NCBI RefSeq assembly: GCF_001194135.2
Contig: NC_068991.1
Span: 42,706,689 to 42,770,688, forward strand
Source of the DNA: Octopus bimaculoides
Taxonomy: Eukaryota
Reading direction: 5' to 3'
DNA length: 64,000 bases
Part shown: positions 13,075 to 23,762 of the stretch, one piece after another
Layout of the letters: each line of letters opens with the position of its first letter
Position numbering within the stretch: position 1 is the first letter of the stretch
Notes under the pieces: generated by a model
Database searches by the model: none
Seen by the model: the letters and a program-made list of their open reading frames with translations, nothing else
What the model was told of the DNA's origin: nothing
Translations under genes and position numbers: made by a program

Positions 13075-13483
13075 GAGGAGTGGCTGTGTGGTAAGTAGCT
13101 TGCTTACCAACCACATGGTTCTGGGTCCAGTCCCACTGTGTGGCACCTTGGGCAAGTGTCTTCTACTATAGCCACGTGCCGACCAAAGCCTTGTGAGTGG
13201 ATTTGGTAGATGGAAACTGAAAGAAGTCCGTCGTATATATGTATATATATATATATATATGTGTATGTGTGTTTGTGTTTGTCACCCCACCATCACTTGA
13301 CAACCGATGCTGGTGTGTTTACGTCCCTGTAATTTAGCGGTTCGGCAAAAAGAGACCGATAGAATAAGTACTAGGCTTACAAAGAATAAGTCCTGGGGTC
13401 AATTTGCTCGACTAAAGGCGGTGCTCCAGCATGGCTACAGTCAAATGACTGAAACAAGTAAAAGAATAAAAGAATAAAAGAAT
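13075..13483 (+). mobile_element. SINE family B, full length
   Basis: ggagtggctgtgtggtaagtagcttgcttaccaacc head through gactgaaacaagtaaaagaataaaagaataaaag tail. Confidence 0.9.
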
Positions 13484-13486
13484 TTC

Positions 13487-13980
13487 CCTGCATATATTCA
13501 CATAGGCAAACTTCTGTTCTGCTTCTTCCTTGGCTAGATATACATGCCTCCTAGTTTCCCTTCTTGCTATCTGATACAGTTCCCTGCAGTTCCTGGTCAG
13601 TTTATTTGCTCTATTGGCCCTGTCTACAGTATTGTTCCCCCACCTAGGTCTGGAAGGGACTTTGCACCAGCCACAGATTTGGTCTGTGGCACTCAGCAAA
13701 CTGTCTCGCAAGAATTCCCAGTTGTCCTCTATGTCACAAGTTTGTCACTCCTCCCTCTCATCAAATTTCTCCATTAGGATATCCTTAAATCTCTGCCGAT
13801 ATGAAGGGTCCTTAAGCTTCCAAATCCTTCTTTTCCAGCTTGGTCTGCTTCTTGGCATCCTGCTGGTCTGAAATCTAAAGTTGCTACTGACTAGTCTATG
13901 CTGGGGAGTACATTTTTCACCAGAGAGGGTCTTTGTATTTAAGAGTAACCATGCATTCCGCTGTCTGGTGAGAAATAAAT
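13487..13980 (-). mobile_element. RTE-clade LINE fragment (endonuclease C-terminus and linker)
   Basis: Minus frames give TKTLSGEKCTPQHRLVSSNFR..WKRRIWKLKDP and LLSATDQICGWCK..P..W; homologous to 24035-24350. Confidence 0.75.
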
Positions 13981-14018
13981 AAATGTATGTATGTATGTAT
14001 GTATGTATGTATGTATAT

Positions 14019-14737
14019 NNNNNNNNNNNNNNNNNNNNNNNNNNNNNNNNNNNNNNNNNNNNNNNNNNNNNNNNNNNNNNNNNNNNNNNNNNNNNNNNNN
14101 NNNNNNNNNNNNNNNNNNNNNNNNNNNNNNNNNNNNNNNNNNNNNNNNNNNNNNNNNNNNNNNNNNNNNNNNNNNNNNNNNNNNNNNNNNNNNNNNNNNN
14201 NNNNNNNNNNNNNNNNNNNNNNNNNNNNNNNNNNNNNNNNNNNNNNNNNNNNNNNNNNNNNNNNNNNNNNNNNNNNNNNNNNNNNNNNNNNNNNNNNNNN
14301 NNNNNNNNNNNNNNNNNNNNNNNNNNNNNNNNNNNNNNNNNNNNNNNNNNNNNNNNNNNNNNNNNNNNNNNNNNNNNNNNNNNNNNNNNNNNNNNNNNNN
14401 NNNNNNNNNNNNNNNNNNNNNNNNNNNNNNNNNNNNNNNNNNNNNNNNNNNNNNNNNNNNNNNNNNNNNNNNNNNNNNNNNNNNNNNNNNNNNNNNNNNN
14501 NNNNNNNNNNNNNNNNNNNNNNNNNNNNNNNNNNNNNNNNNNNNNNNNNNNNNNNNNNNNNNNNNNNNNNNNNNNNNNNNNNNNNNNNNNNNNNNNNNNN
14601 NNNNNNNNNNNNNNNNNNNNNNNNNNNNNNNNNNNNNNNNNNNNNNNNNNNNNNNNNNNNNNNNNNNNNNNNNNNNNNNNNNNNNNNNNNNNNNNNNNNN
14701 NNNNNNNNNNNNNNNNNNNNNNNNNNNNNNNNNNNNN
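14019..14737. other. Assembly gap (one of 12)
   Basis: N-runs at 14019-14737, 17046-17752, 22736-22907, 30469-31228, 32703-33034, 34894-34903, 35971-36693, 42250-42399, 43510-43622, 50782-50901, 53780-53789 and 62629-63240. Confidence 0.98.
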
Positions 14738-14771
14738 ACATATATATATATGTATACATACATATACATAT

Positions 14772-15165
14772 ATAGTCAATTCAATGAACAAACAATTCAA
14801 AAGACAAATGAAAAATGAAAAAAGAAAAGAGTGAATGTGAGAATGTGCACAAAAATGATATTAGTTTGATGCTTAGTAAAAGGAGAGAGTTTTTAACATT
14901 TCCAGCATGGCTCTTCATCAGAAGGGAGAAGGAAAATTGTCAACGGCCCGGGTGTGGGTACATTTCTGAACTGATTGGAAGTGAAAGGAGATAATGTGGA
15001 TTTTGGGAACAGGAGAGTTTGAAGGTGGTCAGTATGTGTGTGTGTGTGGTAGGATCTGTGTACATGTGTGTTAGTGATTGTGTTTATGTGGCTGTTGTGA
15101 AAGGTGTGTGAATGGGTGGGAGTGACTGTATGTGTGTGTGCATGTGTGTATGTGGTAGCATGTGT

Positions 15166-15204
<39 letters not shown>

Positions 15205-15350
15205 TGTGGTAGGTTCTGAGTGCATGTGTGTTAGTGTTTGTGTTTATGGGGCATTTGTGAAAGGTGTGTGAATGGGTGGGGTGTGGCTGTGTGTGTGTGC
15301 GTGTGTGTTGGTATGTGTGCGTAGATGTATTGGGAAAGTGTGTGTGTGTG
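14772..15350 (-). mobile_element. Penelope-like terminal repeat (family F) with a hammerhead-like motif
   Basis: Minus strand CTGATGA-A-GAGC-CAT-GCTG-GAAAT-GTT at 14893-14921; the downstream 3' segment recurs at 24797-24945; ends at a (TA/CA)n microsatellite; upstream has two CA-rich units of about 150 bp. Confidence 0.55.
14890..14925 (-). ncRNA. Degenerate minimal type-I hammerhead ribozyme motif
   Basis: Canonical CUGAUGA (plus-strand tcatcag 14915-14921), extra A, stem II GAGC/GCTG (one mismatch), GAAAU, GUU; stem I weak. Confidence 0.5.
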
Positions 15351-15569
15351 TGTACATGCATATGGGTGTGTGTGTGTCTCTCTCTCTGTATCACTCTCTC
15401 TCTCCCTCTCTCTCTCTCTATATATATATATATACATATGTATATATATGTGTGTGTGTGGAGTGTTGCATGTGTGGAGTGTTGCATGTGTGGAAGTATA
15501 TGTGCACTATACAGCCTGGTGATGCAAACAGGAAAAATAAATAGAACTCAAAACATGTGCATATATATT

Positions 15570-16007
15570 CTTTTACATGTTTCAGTCATTTGACTGTGGC
15601 CATGCTGGAGCACCATTAATATTTAACTGCAACAGAGTGACTCAAGGGCTGAAAGTTTCATACACATACACATACACACACTCACACACATGTACACAGA
15701 CACACACATACATATATATAGTAGGTGGTTGGTGTTAGAAAGGGCATTCAGCCATAGATAGATAGACAAACAAACAGACAGACAGATATTTACATATGTA
15801 TATCATCATCATTATCATTGCTTGCATGGGCCAGAAACAATTTGTTGAGATAGATTTTTTACGGCTGGATGCCTTTCCTGTTACCAATTTTCACCAGTTT
15901 CCAAGCTAGATAATATTTCTCAGTGGTCCAGAAGACTGGAAAAGAAAAAGCTTTGTTTTCTTGAGTATAACTGTCTTGTGATGTCAAAACAAGGAGACCT
16001 ATACACA

Positions 16008-16044
<37 letters not shown>

Positions 16045-16210
16045 CCATATACAATGGACTTCTTTCAATTTGCATGTGCCTAATCCACAGACAAGGATTT
16101 GGTCCGATTGTGGTTATAGAAGGCACTTGTTCAAGGTGACATACAGTGAGAGTTAGCTTGAAACCATGTAGTTGAAAAGCAAACTACTTAATCAAACAAA
16201 CATATCTGTG
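15570..16210. mobile_element. Patchwork of B tail, C fragment and B2 (minus) remnants
   Basis: tgtttcagtcatttgactgtggccatgctggagcacc (15570-15615); ttagaaagggcattcagcc (15735-15755); B2 at 15830-16210. Confidence 0.65.
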
Positions 16211-16455
16211 CATATATATGCAACACTTGAAGTTTTGTATTGTTTGTTAAATAACCTACAAAAACATTTTTTTTAATGCAGTTACTTCAGGTCATTATAT
16301 AATAATATCATTTGAAATATTCAATCAAGTAAAAAAAAAAATGCAAATTGTAAAGCATTTAAATATGCTTTACAACTATGGTTAACAAAAAAGTATTCAT
16401 TCAGACTTTTCCTATTTGAAATTTGAAATTAAATTCCAGCCTTAATCCCTGATAA

Positions 16456-17045
16456 TCTATATATATATATAAAACAGAGAATGTGTGTGTGTGAGTGTCT
16501 CTGTCTATCTGTCTGTCTGTATGTATGAATCCCTAAAACTCGAGAAGTACCCTACCGATTTCATTCAAATTTTACACATGCATTACTTAGGCTCCATGGA
16601 GTGTCATAGGCCAAAAAAATTTTCAACTTCTTGCCTAATGTGGGCCCAGAGCAATCTTTTACACTGGTTTGGTATTATGTGTCAAAAGTAAAAAAATAAG
16701 ATCTATATTGTAATGTGATATAATATTGTTTCACTTTTATTCTTTCACTATTAATTCTAATGTGATAACACTAAGATCATCTTATTTCTATTATATTTGA
16801 AATAAAGGAATAATTTATACCCTAATGTGAACAACATCAGCAACTTTCCATCTTTATGGTCACGACAACAGAATGGTATGTCAGTATATGTGTGTTGACA
16901 GACATAACGAACAGCTGGAGGTAAAACTCTTGACAAAAAACAATGAGGTGGCAGGTCTAAGGTATATAAAAATACGCATTTATCGTTCAATTAGCAGTTA
17001 ATAATTATTGCAACAGTTGCAAGGTATTTACAGTTACATATTAAC
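16456..17045 (+). mobile_element. Non-autonomous Helitron-like element, 5' part (3' end lost in gap)
   Basis: A|TC start followed by TATATATATATAAAA, a (TG)/(TCTG)n tract and the aactcgagaagtaccctaccgatttcattcaaattttacaca motif typical of animal non-autonomous Helitron 5' ends; runs into N-gap at 17046. Confidence 0.6.
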
Positions 17046-17873
17046 NNNNNNNNNNNNNNNNNNNNNNNNNNNNNNNNNNNNNNNNNNNNNNNNNNNNNNN
17101 NNNNNNNNNNNNNNNNNNNNNNNNNNNNNNNNNNNNNNNNNNNNNNNNNNNNNNNNNNNNNNNNNNNNNNNNNNNNNNNNNNNNNNNNNNNNNNNNNNNN
17201 NNNNNNNNNNNNNNNNNNNNNNNNNNNNNNNNNNNNNNNNNNNNNNNNNNNNNNNNNNNNNNNNNNNNNNNNNNNNNNNNNNNNNNNNNNNNNNNNNNNN
17301 NNNNNNNNNNNNNNNNNNNNNNNNNNNNNNNNNNNNNNNNNNNNNNNNNNNNNNNNNNNNNNNNNNNNNNNNNNNNNNNNNNNNNNNNNNNNNNNNNNNN
17401 NNNNNNNNNNNNNNNNNNNNNNNNNNNNNNNNNNNNNNNNNNNNNNNNNNNNNNNNNNNNNNNNNNNNNNNNNNNNNNNNNNNNNNNNNNNNNNNNNNNN
17501 NNNNNNNNNNNNNNNNNNNNNNNNNNNNNNNNNNNNNNNNNNNNNNNNNNNNNNNNNNNNNNNNNNNNNNNNNNNNNNNNNNNNNNNNNNNNNNNNNNNN
17601 NNNNNNNNNNNNNNNNNNNNNNNNNNNNNNNNNNNNNNNNNNNNNNNNNNNNNNNNNNNNNNNNNNNNNNNNNNNNNNNNNNNNNNNNNNNNNNNNNNNN
17701 NNNNNNNNNNNNNNNNNNNNNNNNNNNNNNNNNNNNNNNNNNNNNNNNNNNNGATGAAAAGCACTTTCATTTTTTCTTTTTCTTTCTCTTTCTCTTTTGT
17801 GCCCCTTCCTGTCTTTTTTTTTTCTCCCTTTCTTTAAAAAACAAAATTGACATCTTCAAATGTCATTAGTTAC

Positions 17874-17961
17874 CTGCCTCTGTTGAATTGCCTATACCAC
17901 TAAGAGCTTCATAGGTGTGAAACCAATAACCACTCCCTGACCAGCCATAACAAACAACCTT
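17874..17961 (-). CDS. Candidate internal coding exon (88 nt), product unidentified
   Basis: Acceptor ataatatttAG, donor CAG|GTAACT; open in phase 0 to 1: KVVCYGWSGSGYWFHTYEALSGIGNSTEA; other two frames closed; higher GC than the flanks. Confidence 0.45.
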
Positions 17962-18024
17962 CTAAATATTATTGCTCTAAAGTTTTAAAGTGTGCTTCTT
18001 TTTGAATTTATGAACTACTGACTG

Positions 18025-18065
<41 letters not shown>

Positions 18066-18494
18066 AGAATATAAAAAATGTCAGGAGGTATGAGATGAAT
18101 ATATTTCTTTCACCAGTTGATATCTATGAGATTATGATTGTTTCACAGCCAACATCATGGAAAAAGAGTTATTTTCATGTATAATATCATACACTTCGAA
18201 ATATTATATGAAGATGACTATTTGTATGTTTATATTGGAGTTGATGAATGGATGTAACCATAATATTCTATGGATCTGATGAGCTAGCCTTCTATACTTG
18301 TATTAACTTGTATAATGTACTCCAGTACTATTTAATTTATATACACAAGCCCAGACATGTAACTAGTGAAATAAACATATTCATTTCATACCTCCTGAGT
18401 TTCTTTATATTCTATTTACTCCTAATGAAATGATCATTATTGATTGGATTTACTGGATTTCAACTGCATAGGACTATATATTACACACTTATGT

Positions 18495-18700
18495 ATTAGT
18501 CAAATGTAATACTTATTTGTTCACTTTCTTTTGTATTGATTATACACTATCTCGTAGCGTCAAGATTTTGATGATGTGACTGCTTATTTTTAAAATGATA
18601 TTGTAGGGTAAGATATCAGAAGCAAAATCAGACCAGTTTGAACATAAAACAGATAGACTATTTTGTCCGGATATGGCTGGTTTAAATGCTTTAGGGTTAA
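18495..18700. mobile_element. piggyBac-like MITE, one recognisable end
   Basis: Terminates ..tttaaatgctttAGGG followed by TTAA (18697-18700), the piggyBac terminal/TSD signature; opposite TIR not found. Confidence 0.4.
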
Positions 18701-18746
18701 AGTATGAGAGAAGGGACCAGAGTCAAATGGGTTTCTTGCTCTAGAG

Positions 18747-19066
18747 CACTGATTCTCAACCAGGGTCCATATGGCTCCTGTGGAGTCCATACAAGCAAAG
18801 TAGTAAATTGGGTACACACAACAGTATATTAAGGGTCCATGAAAAAGTTTTGATTTAGATGTATTTATTGGAAAAACAGTTAGGTTTCTTTCTCTAACAT
18901 ATTACATAGTTCAACCTACACAAGTTAATGTAAGAAAAACAATGTAGGAATTTTGAAAGAAGTATCTATAAAACTAATTTTTGAACACCAAGAGGCTACA
19001 GGGGTCCACCACAGTAAAATAATAATAAAAGGGGTGCAGTGATAAAAAATGCTGTTGAGGGACTAC
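18747..19066. mobile_element. Degenerate hAT (Charlie-like) MITE
   Basis: Left: CTCTAGAG target-like site then CACTGATTCTCAAC; right: degenerate GTTGAGGGACTAC; no intact right TSD. Confidence 0.5.
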
Positions 19067-19079
19067 ATAACTATTCACA

Positions 19080-19388
19080 TCCTAGGAGAGGGGATGGGGT
19101 GATCTGGGTGGAGCAGGGAAGAGAGGAAAAAGCAGTGATGAGGTGTCTATGAATTCTTGAAGCATGAGGTGAGTCGAAGTGAATGAGAGCAGAAGAATCA
19201 GTGGAAGTTGCAAGTTGTAAAGGAGAGTGAGAGGGTGGGTGGGTGAACATAATGAATTAAGAACAAGTGTGAAGTGGATAAGTAGGGGAAATAGGTAATA
19301 ATTATAGAGATTGGATAGGGTTGACAGGGTGCAGATGTGGTGAAGAGCAGCAGAACTGTAATAATGATGCAGAAGACAGGGGAAAGAT

Positions 19389-19436
<48 letters not shown>

Positions 19437-19660
19437 TGAGGAAAGAAAGAGAGAGAGAGAGATGATGATGATGACAATGATGATGTGATTGGAGAAGTTG
19501 CGAGAGTGTGGAGAAACTGGAGAGAGAAGTAGGTGAAGAGCATGAAGTGGGTGGTGAGTGATATATGGCGGTGCAGAAGGTGAGATGATTTGGTGTTAGA
19601 GATCAGGTCAATGAAGAATGTATGTGGAGAGAGCAATATTGAGGATGAGGAACGTATCTC
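19080..19660. repeat. Purine-rich strand-asymmetric low-complexity tract with (GA)n and (GAT)n
   Basis: Plus strand strongly G/A-rich; (GA)n at 19390-19435. Confidence 0.7.
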
Positions 19661-19703
19661 AAATGAAATATATGCATGTACATATATATAAACACACACA
19701 TGT

Positions 19704-20855
19704 ATGCAATGGTATCAAAAAGTTCCAAGACTAGTCAAGTTTAATCTTTTCTACTCTAGGCACAAGGCCCAGAATTTTAGGGGAGGGGGCCAGTCAATTA
19801 GATCGACCCCAGTATGCAACTGGTACTTAATTTATCAACCCCGAATGGATGAAAAGTAAAGTTGACCTTGGTGGAATTTGAACTCAGAATGTAAAGAGAG
19901 ATAAAATACCACTAAGCATTTCTCCCGGCATGCTAACGTTTCTGCCAGCTCATTGCCATACTAGTCATGTTTAATAAAAAATAACTTATTTACATAAGTT
20001 TTAATGTCATCTCCTTCAAAATAATCATCTTGCAAAGCAATACACCAGTCCCAGCGTTCCTGCCACTTTTTGGAATTAGGTTTGGAAGTCCTTTTCCATA
20101 AATGAGTTGAGGACCTTCTGCAATTCGCTCTGGGTCTTGACAATGGTGTTAAAACAGTAACCTTTGAGCTGCTTTTTCATCTTGGGGGAAGAGATTAAAG
20201 TCTGTAGGTGCTAAATCTGGTGAATGGGGTGAGTGCAGAAGTGATACCATGTTGTTTTTGTTGAAAAACTCATGAGTGAGGAGAGCTCGGCAACAGGGTG
20301 CATTGTCATCGTGAAGAATCCAATTTTTCCCACTCCACAGATCTGATCGCTTTTGCTGAATGTCCTACCTCAAACACTTCAAAACGTCACAGTAAAACTC
20401 TTGATTGATAGTCTGGCCCTGTGGATGAATTCTTGATAAACAATATCACATTTCTGGAGATGATGCTCATGGCAGGCCTTGTAGATCGTTCATCATCTTC
20501 CAGGGATGTTTTTCCACTTTTAAAGCACCAATGTCACTCGAAACATTGCATATGGCCCATTACCTCGTCACTGTAAGCTTTCTGAAGTATGCTCAATGTC
20601 TCTGTGGCAGACATTCTAAGTTTAACACAAAATTTCACGTTGGCTCTTTGTTCCTGTCCATGACAAAATCATTGACTACAGCATACATGTGATCACAAAA
20701 ACACAAATTTCACAACTTGCGAAGTAAACACAGTGATGTCACTTCGTACACTGCCTCATGAAAGTCATTGCTAGCTTTCACTGCACACACAACCATATGC
20801 TGCCGTCTGTTGGTATACTACAGAATTAATCCAGGAACTTTTTGATACCACCTCA
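19704..20855 (-). mobile_element. Decayed mariner transposon with both TIRs
   Basis: TIRs tggtatcaaaaagttcc (about 19710-19726) and ggaactttttgatacca (20834-20850). Minus translation has HSPHSPDLAPTD and KWQERWDWCIALQDDYFEGD. Confidence 0.85.
19746..19959 (-). mobile_element. Full-length SINE D nested in the mariner, with 16-bp TSD
   Basis: Flanked by ACTAGTCAAGTTTAAT (19730-19745) and ACTAGTCATGTTTAAT (19960-19975). Confidence 0.9.
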
Positions 20856-20857
20856 AA

Positions 20858-21736
20858 ATAACTGGAAACGCTCTCTGTGAGACAAGCCTGTTGTAGATCA
20901 GGCTTCTACAACTAGAGACCGCTTGATGCAACCCTCAGACATCAATCTGCCAACCAGCAGCATCAGGTGAGGTCGTACTGCCACGTGGTATGTCTTTCCT
21001 TTGCAGTGCTTCTCTCATTTCTCGATTTTTGCAATGGCTGAAATGAAGGAACAGTGTGCTTCTATGAAATTTTGTTTTCTGGTGGGGAAAACGGCAGTTG
21101 AAACAGTTCTCATGCTTCAAACGGCTTACAAGGATGCTGTCAATAGCAAAACACAAGTTTACGAGTGGTTTTCACGCTTTAGAAATGGTCACCTGTTGCT
21201 TGAAGACCATCTTCATTCAGAGCAACTGTCGACCTCCCAAACAAATGAAAACATTATGAAGATTCATGAACTGATCTTGGAGGAGCATCACCAAACAATT
21301 GACAAACTTGTTGATATGATTGGTGGGTCCTGGAGCTCCTGCCAACGAATTTTGTGCAAGGAATTGTGAATGAAAAGAGTTGCAGCAAAATTTGTGCCCT
21401 GCTTGCTCACAGAAGATCACGACTGAATGCGGGTGATGAATTGAAAGAACAGTTGAAAGTTGATCTGGACATTTTTCGAAGGTCATCACTGGTGATGGAA
21501 GCTGGTGCTATGAAATTTTCAAATGTGGAAGAGGTGAAGAAAAAAAATGATGGAGGTGTTAAAAGGCATCACTTCACAAGAGTTCCAACACTGCTTCCAA
21601 CAGTGGAAAACACATCTGGACTGATGCATTGCTTCAAATGGAGAATACTTTGAAGGTGAGAAAAGTGTAAACATTTAAAACTAAGTGAATAAAATAACAT
21701 TGCAAAATTCCAGTTTCTTTTGGGTACCACCTTGTA
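20858..21736 (+). mobile_element. Decayed, internally deleted mariner transposon
   Basis: MAEMKEQCASMKFCFLVGKTAVETVLMLQTAYKDAVNSKTQVYEWFSRFRNG..KRVAAKFVP (mariner HTH and WVP-like motif); right TIR ..tttttgggtaccaccttg+TA at 21705-21736. Confidence 0.85.
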
Positions 21737-21892
21737 TGTATATATATATATATATGATGATGATGATGATTTGATATTTTTTTGAAATGCTTTCACACAT
21801 AAACACAAATTCAAATTAGTTTAACCAATGGGCATAAATATTTATAACATTCATATATCTACTTTTATATACATATGGATATATATATATAT

Positions 21893-22015
21893 AAAATAGA
21901 ATTATATATATATATATATCATCATCATCATCATCATCATCGTTTAACGTCCGCTAGCATGGAAAGCGGACGTTAAACGATGATGATGATATATATAGAT
22001 ATATAATTCTATTTT
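21893..22015. repeat. Fold-back palindrome built from the repeat C tail plus flank
   Basis: aaatagaattatata..(cat)n cgtttaacgtccgct / agcatggaa / agcggacgttaaacg(atg)n..tatataattctatttt. Confidence 0.9.
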
Positions 22016-23529
22016 TCATTTTTACCTTTATTTTATACTTTATTATATTTAAACTAATCCATTAAGACTCACACATACACTAAATAATAAAAACAATTTT
22101 GTATATTCAGTCTGTTGGAAAGAACAAATTGTTCACCATGTAATTCTTAAATGTCTAATATTTCCCTGATGATATTTTGCTCATAACTTATAAATCCAAA
22201 TTTATTACATAAATTTGTAATTTATTAATTGGGTATTAATTGAAACAATTGTATGAATGATTATCAATAAGTTAATAAGTTAATTATTAACCATTAATTC
22301 TCCATTTTTACTTGCTTGTAAATATCCAATTTTTTCCCTAATACCCCATTTGTATTCCCCCTTATTATATCTTATTTTACTTTACTTTATTTTATTAAAC
22401 CTTTTTTTGATGTCCTTACAAAAATTCTTTACAGTGATAAAAATGACAATGCATAAATTTAATTATAATTACTATGGTTATAAATTTTGTTTTACATATT
22501 TGCATTGTTCTTTGAAACGCGCGTATGCATTGAATCCTATTTTGTATTAGATTTAATTTTGCTGTAACATCATTTTCTCCTCCATTTTTCTATAATTGTT
22601 TATGGTATATTTATACCTATAATGATATTTTTCAACTACTATTTTCCTATTCTTGCTACTTGCTCTGGCTGTCTTTTATGACTATGATGAATCTTTATTG
22701 GAAATCATTCTTTCTCTCTTTTTGGACATCTTAAANNNNNNNNNNNNNNNNNNNNNNNNNNNNNNNNNNNNNNNNNNNNNNNNNNNNNNNNNNNNNNNNN
22801 NNNNNNNNNNNNNNNNNNNNNNNNNNNNNNNNNNNNNNNNNNNNNNNNNNNNNNNNNNNNNNNNNNNNNNNNNNNNNNNNNNNNNNNNNNNNNNNNNNNN
22901 NNNNNNNATATATATATATATATATACACACATTTGTGTATAATGTATATATGTATACACTATACACACATACACATATATAAATAGAGAGAGGGAGCAG
23001 AACAGATAGACAACGAATGATATGGGTGAGAGCAGAAGCTATTTTTTACTAATATTCCTGAAACTACAGGTGTGCTCTGGTCTATGTGTACGTTTGTGAG
23101 TGCATTGGTGTGTGTGGTTGTGTGTGAGTGTGGAGTGTGTGTGTGTGTGAGTGTGTGTGGAATGTGTTTGTGGGGGAGAGTGTATGCAAGGGGTAGTAGT
23201 GGCAGGGTGTGAGTGTGTGTATGTCTCTGTGTGTGTATATTAATGCAAAATTCCTCAACTGATAAGCCAAAGCACAACTATCTTATCTACTTATTGATTG
23301 ATTGATAGGGACATAATGATCACAGCACCACTGCAGGTTTGAACTTATGACCTACACTTCGGCTCTCATGTATAGTAGCAATCAATAATTTTAGCTCTTA
23401 AATCAGCCAGCTGTTCTGGAAAACACCCTCATATCAGATCTCTTCCTCACCTCTCTCTCTTCCTCTCTCTTTCTTCTGCTCTCTCTCCCTCTCTTTCTTC
23501 CTCTCTCTCTCTACCAATATATATATATA

Positions 23530-23720
23530 TACAGGGAGAATTCACAAAAAAAAACAAAAGACAAAGACAAGTGGTGTAGAAAACAAATAGATGTATTAGT
23601 ATAACGCTTGGGAATTGAAAAAGTCTTTAACATTTCGAGCCTACGCTCTTCCACAGAAAAGAACACAGAAAGAAACAAGGAGTGAAAAAAATGTGTGTAG
23701 TGGTTAGCGATCTATCATGG
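23530..23720 (-). mobile_element. Penelope-like terminal repeat family P1 with a hammerhead-like motif
   Basis: Reverse complement matches 62150-62345; motif CTTTT-CTGTGGA-A-GAGC-GTAG-GCTC-GAAAT-GTT-AAAG at 23625-23661; ends in (TA)n. Confidence 0.7.
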
Positions 23721-23762
23721 TGAATGCCAGACAAAAGGGTCACACGGGAGAGTTAAGAAGAA

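Noticed and set aside
13745-14834. Long ORFs of 250-400 aa spanning N-runs (also 16991-17770, 30381-31269, 35770-36981, 62507-63392)
   Set aside because: They are open only because N codons are not stops; the flanks are microsatellite translations.
18400-18429. Minus-strand 30-nt segment with good splice sites; similar short candidates near 25831-25868, 28336-28394 and 46230-46280
   Set aside because: The first is closed in all frames; the others have weak donors or phases that do not chain. They illustrate the chance rate.
21001-21369. Functional transposase or SETMAR-like gene
   Set aside because: In-frame stop after 122 aa, an internal deletion removing most of the catalytic domain, and no SET domain; the other mariners are likewise broken.
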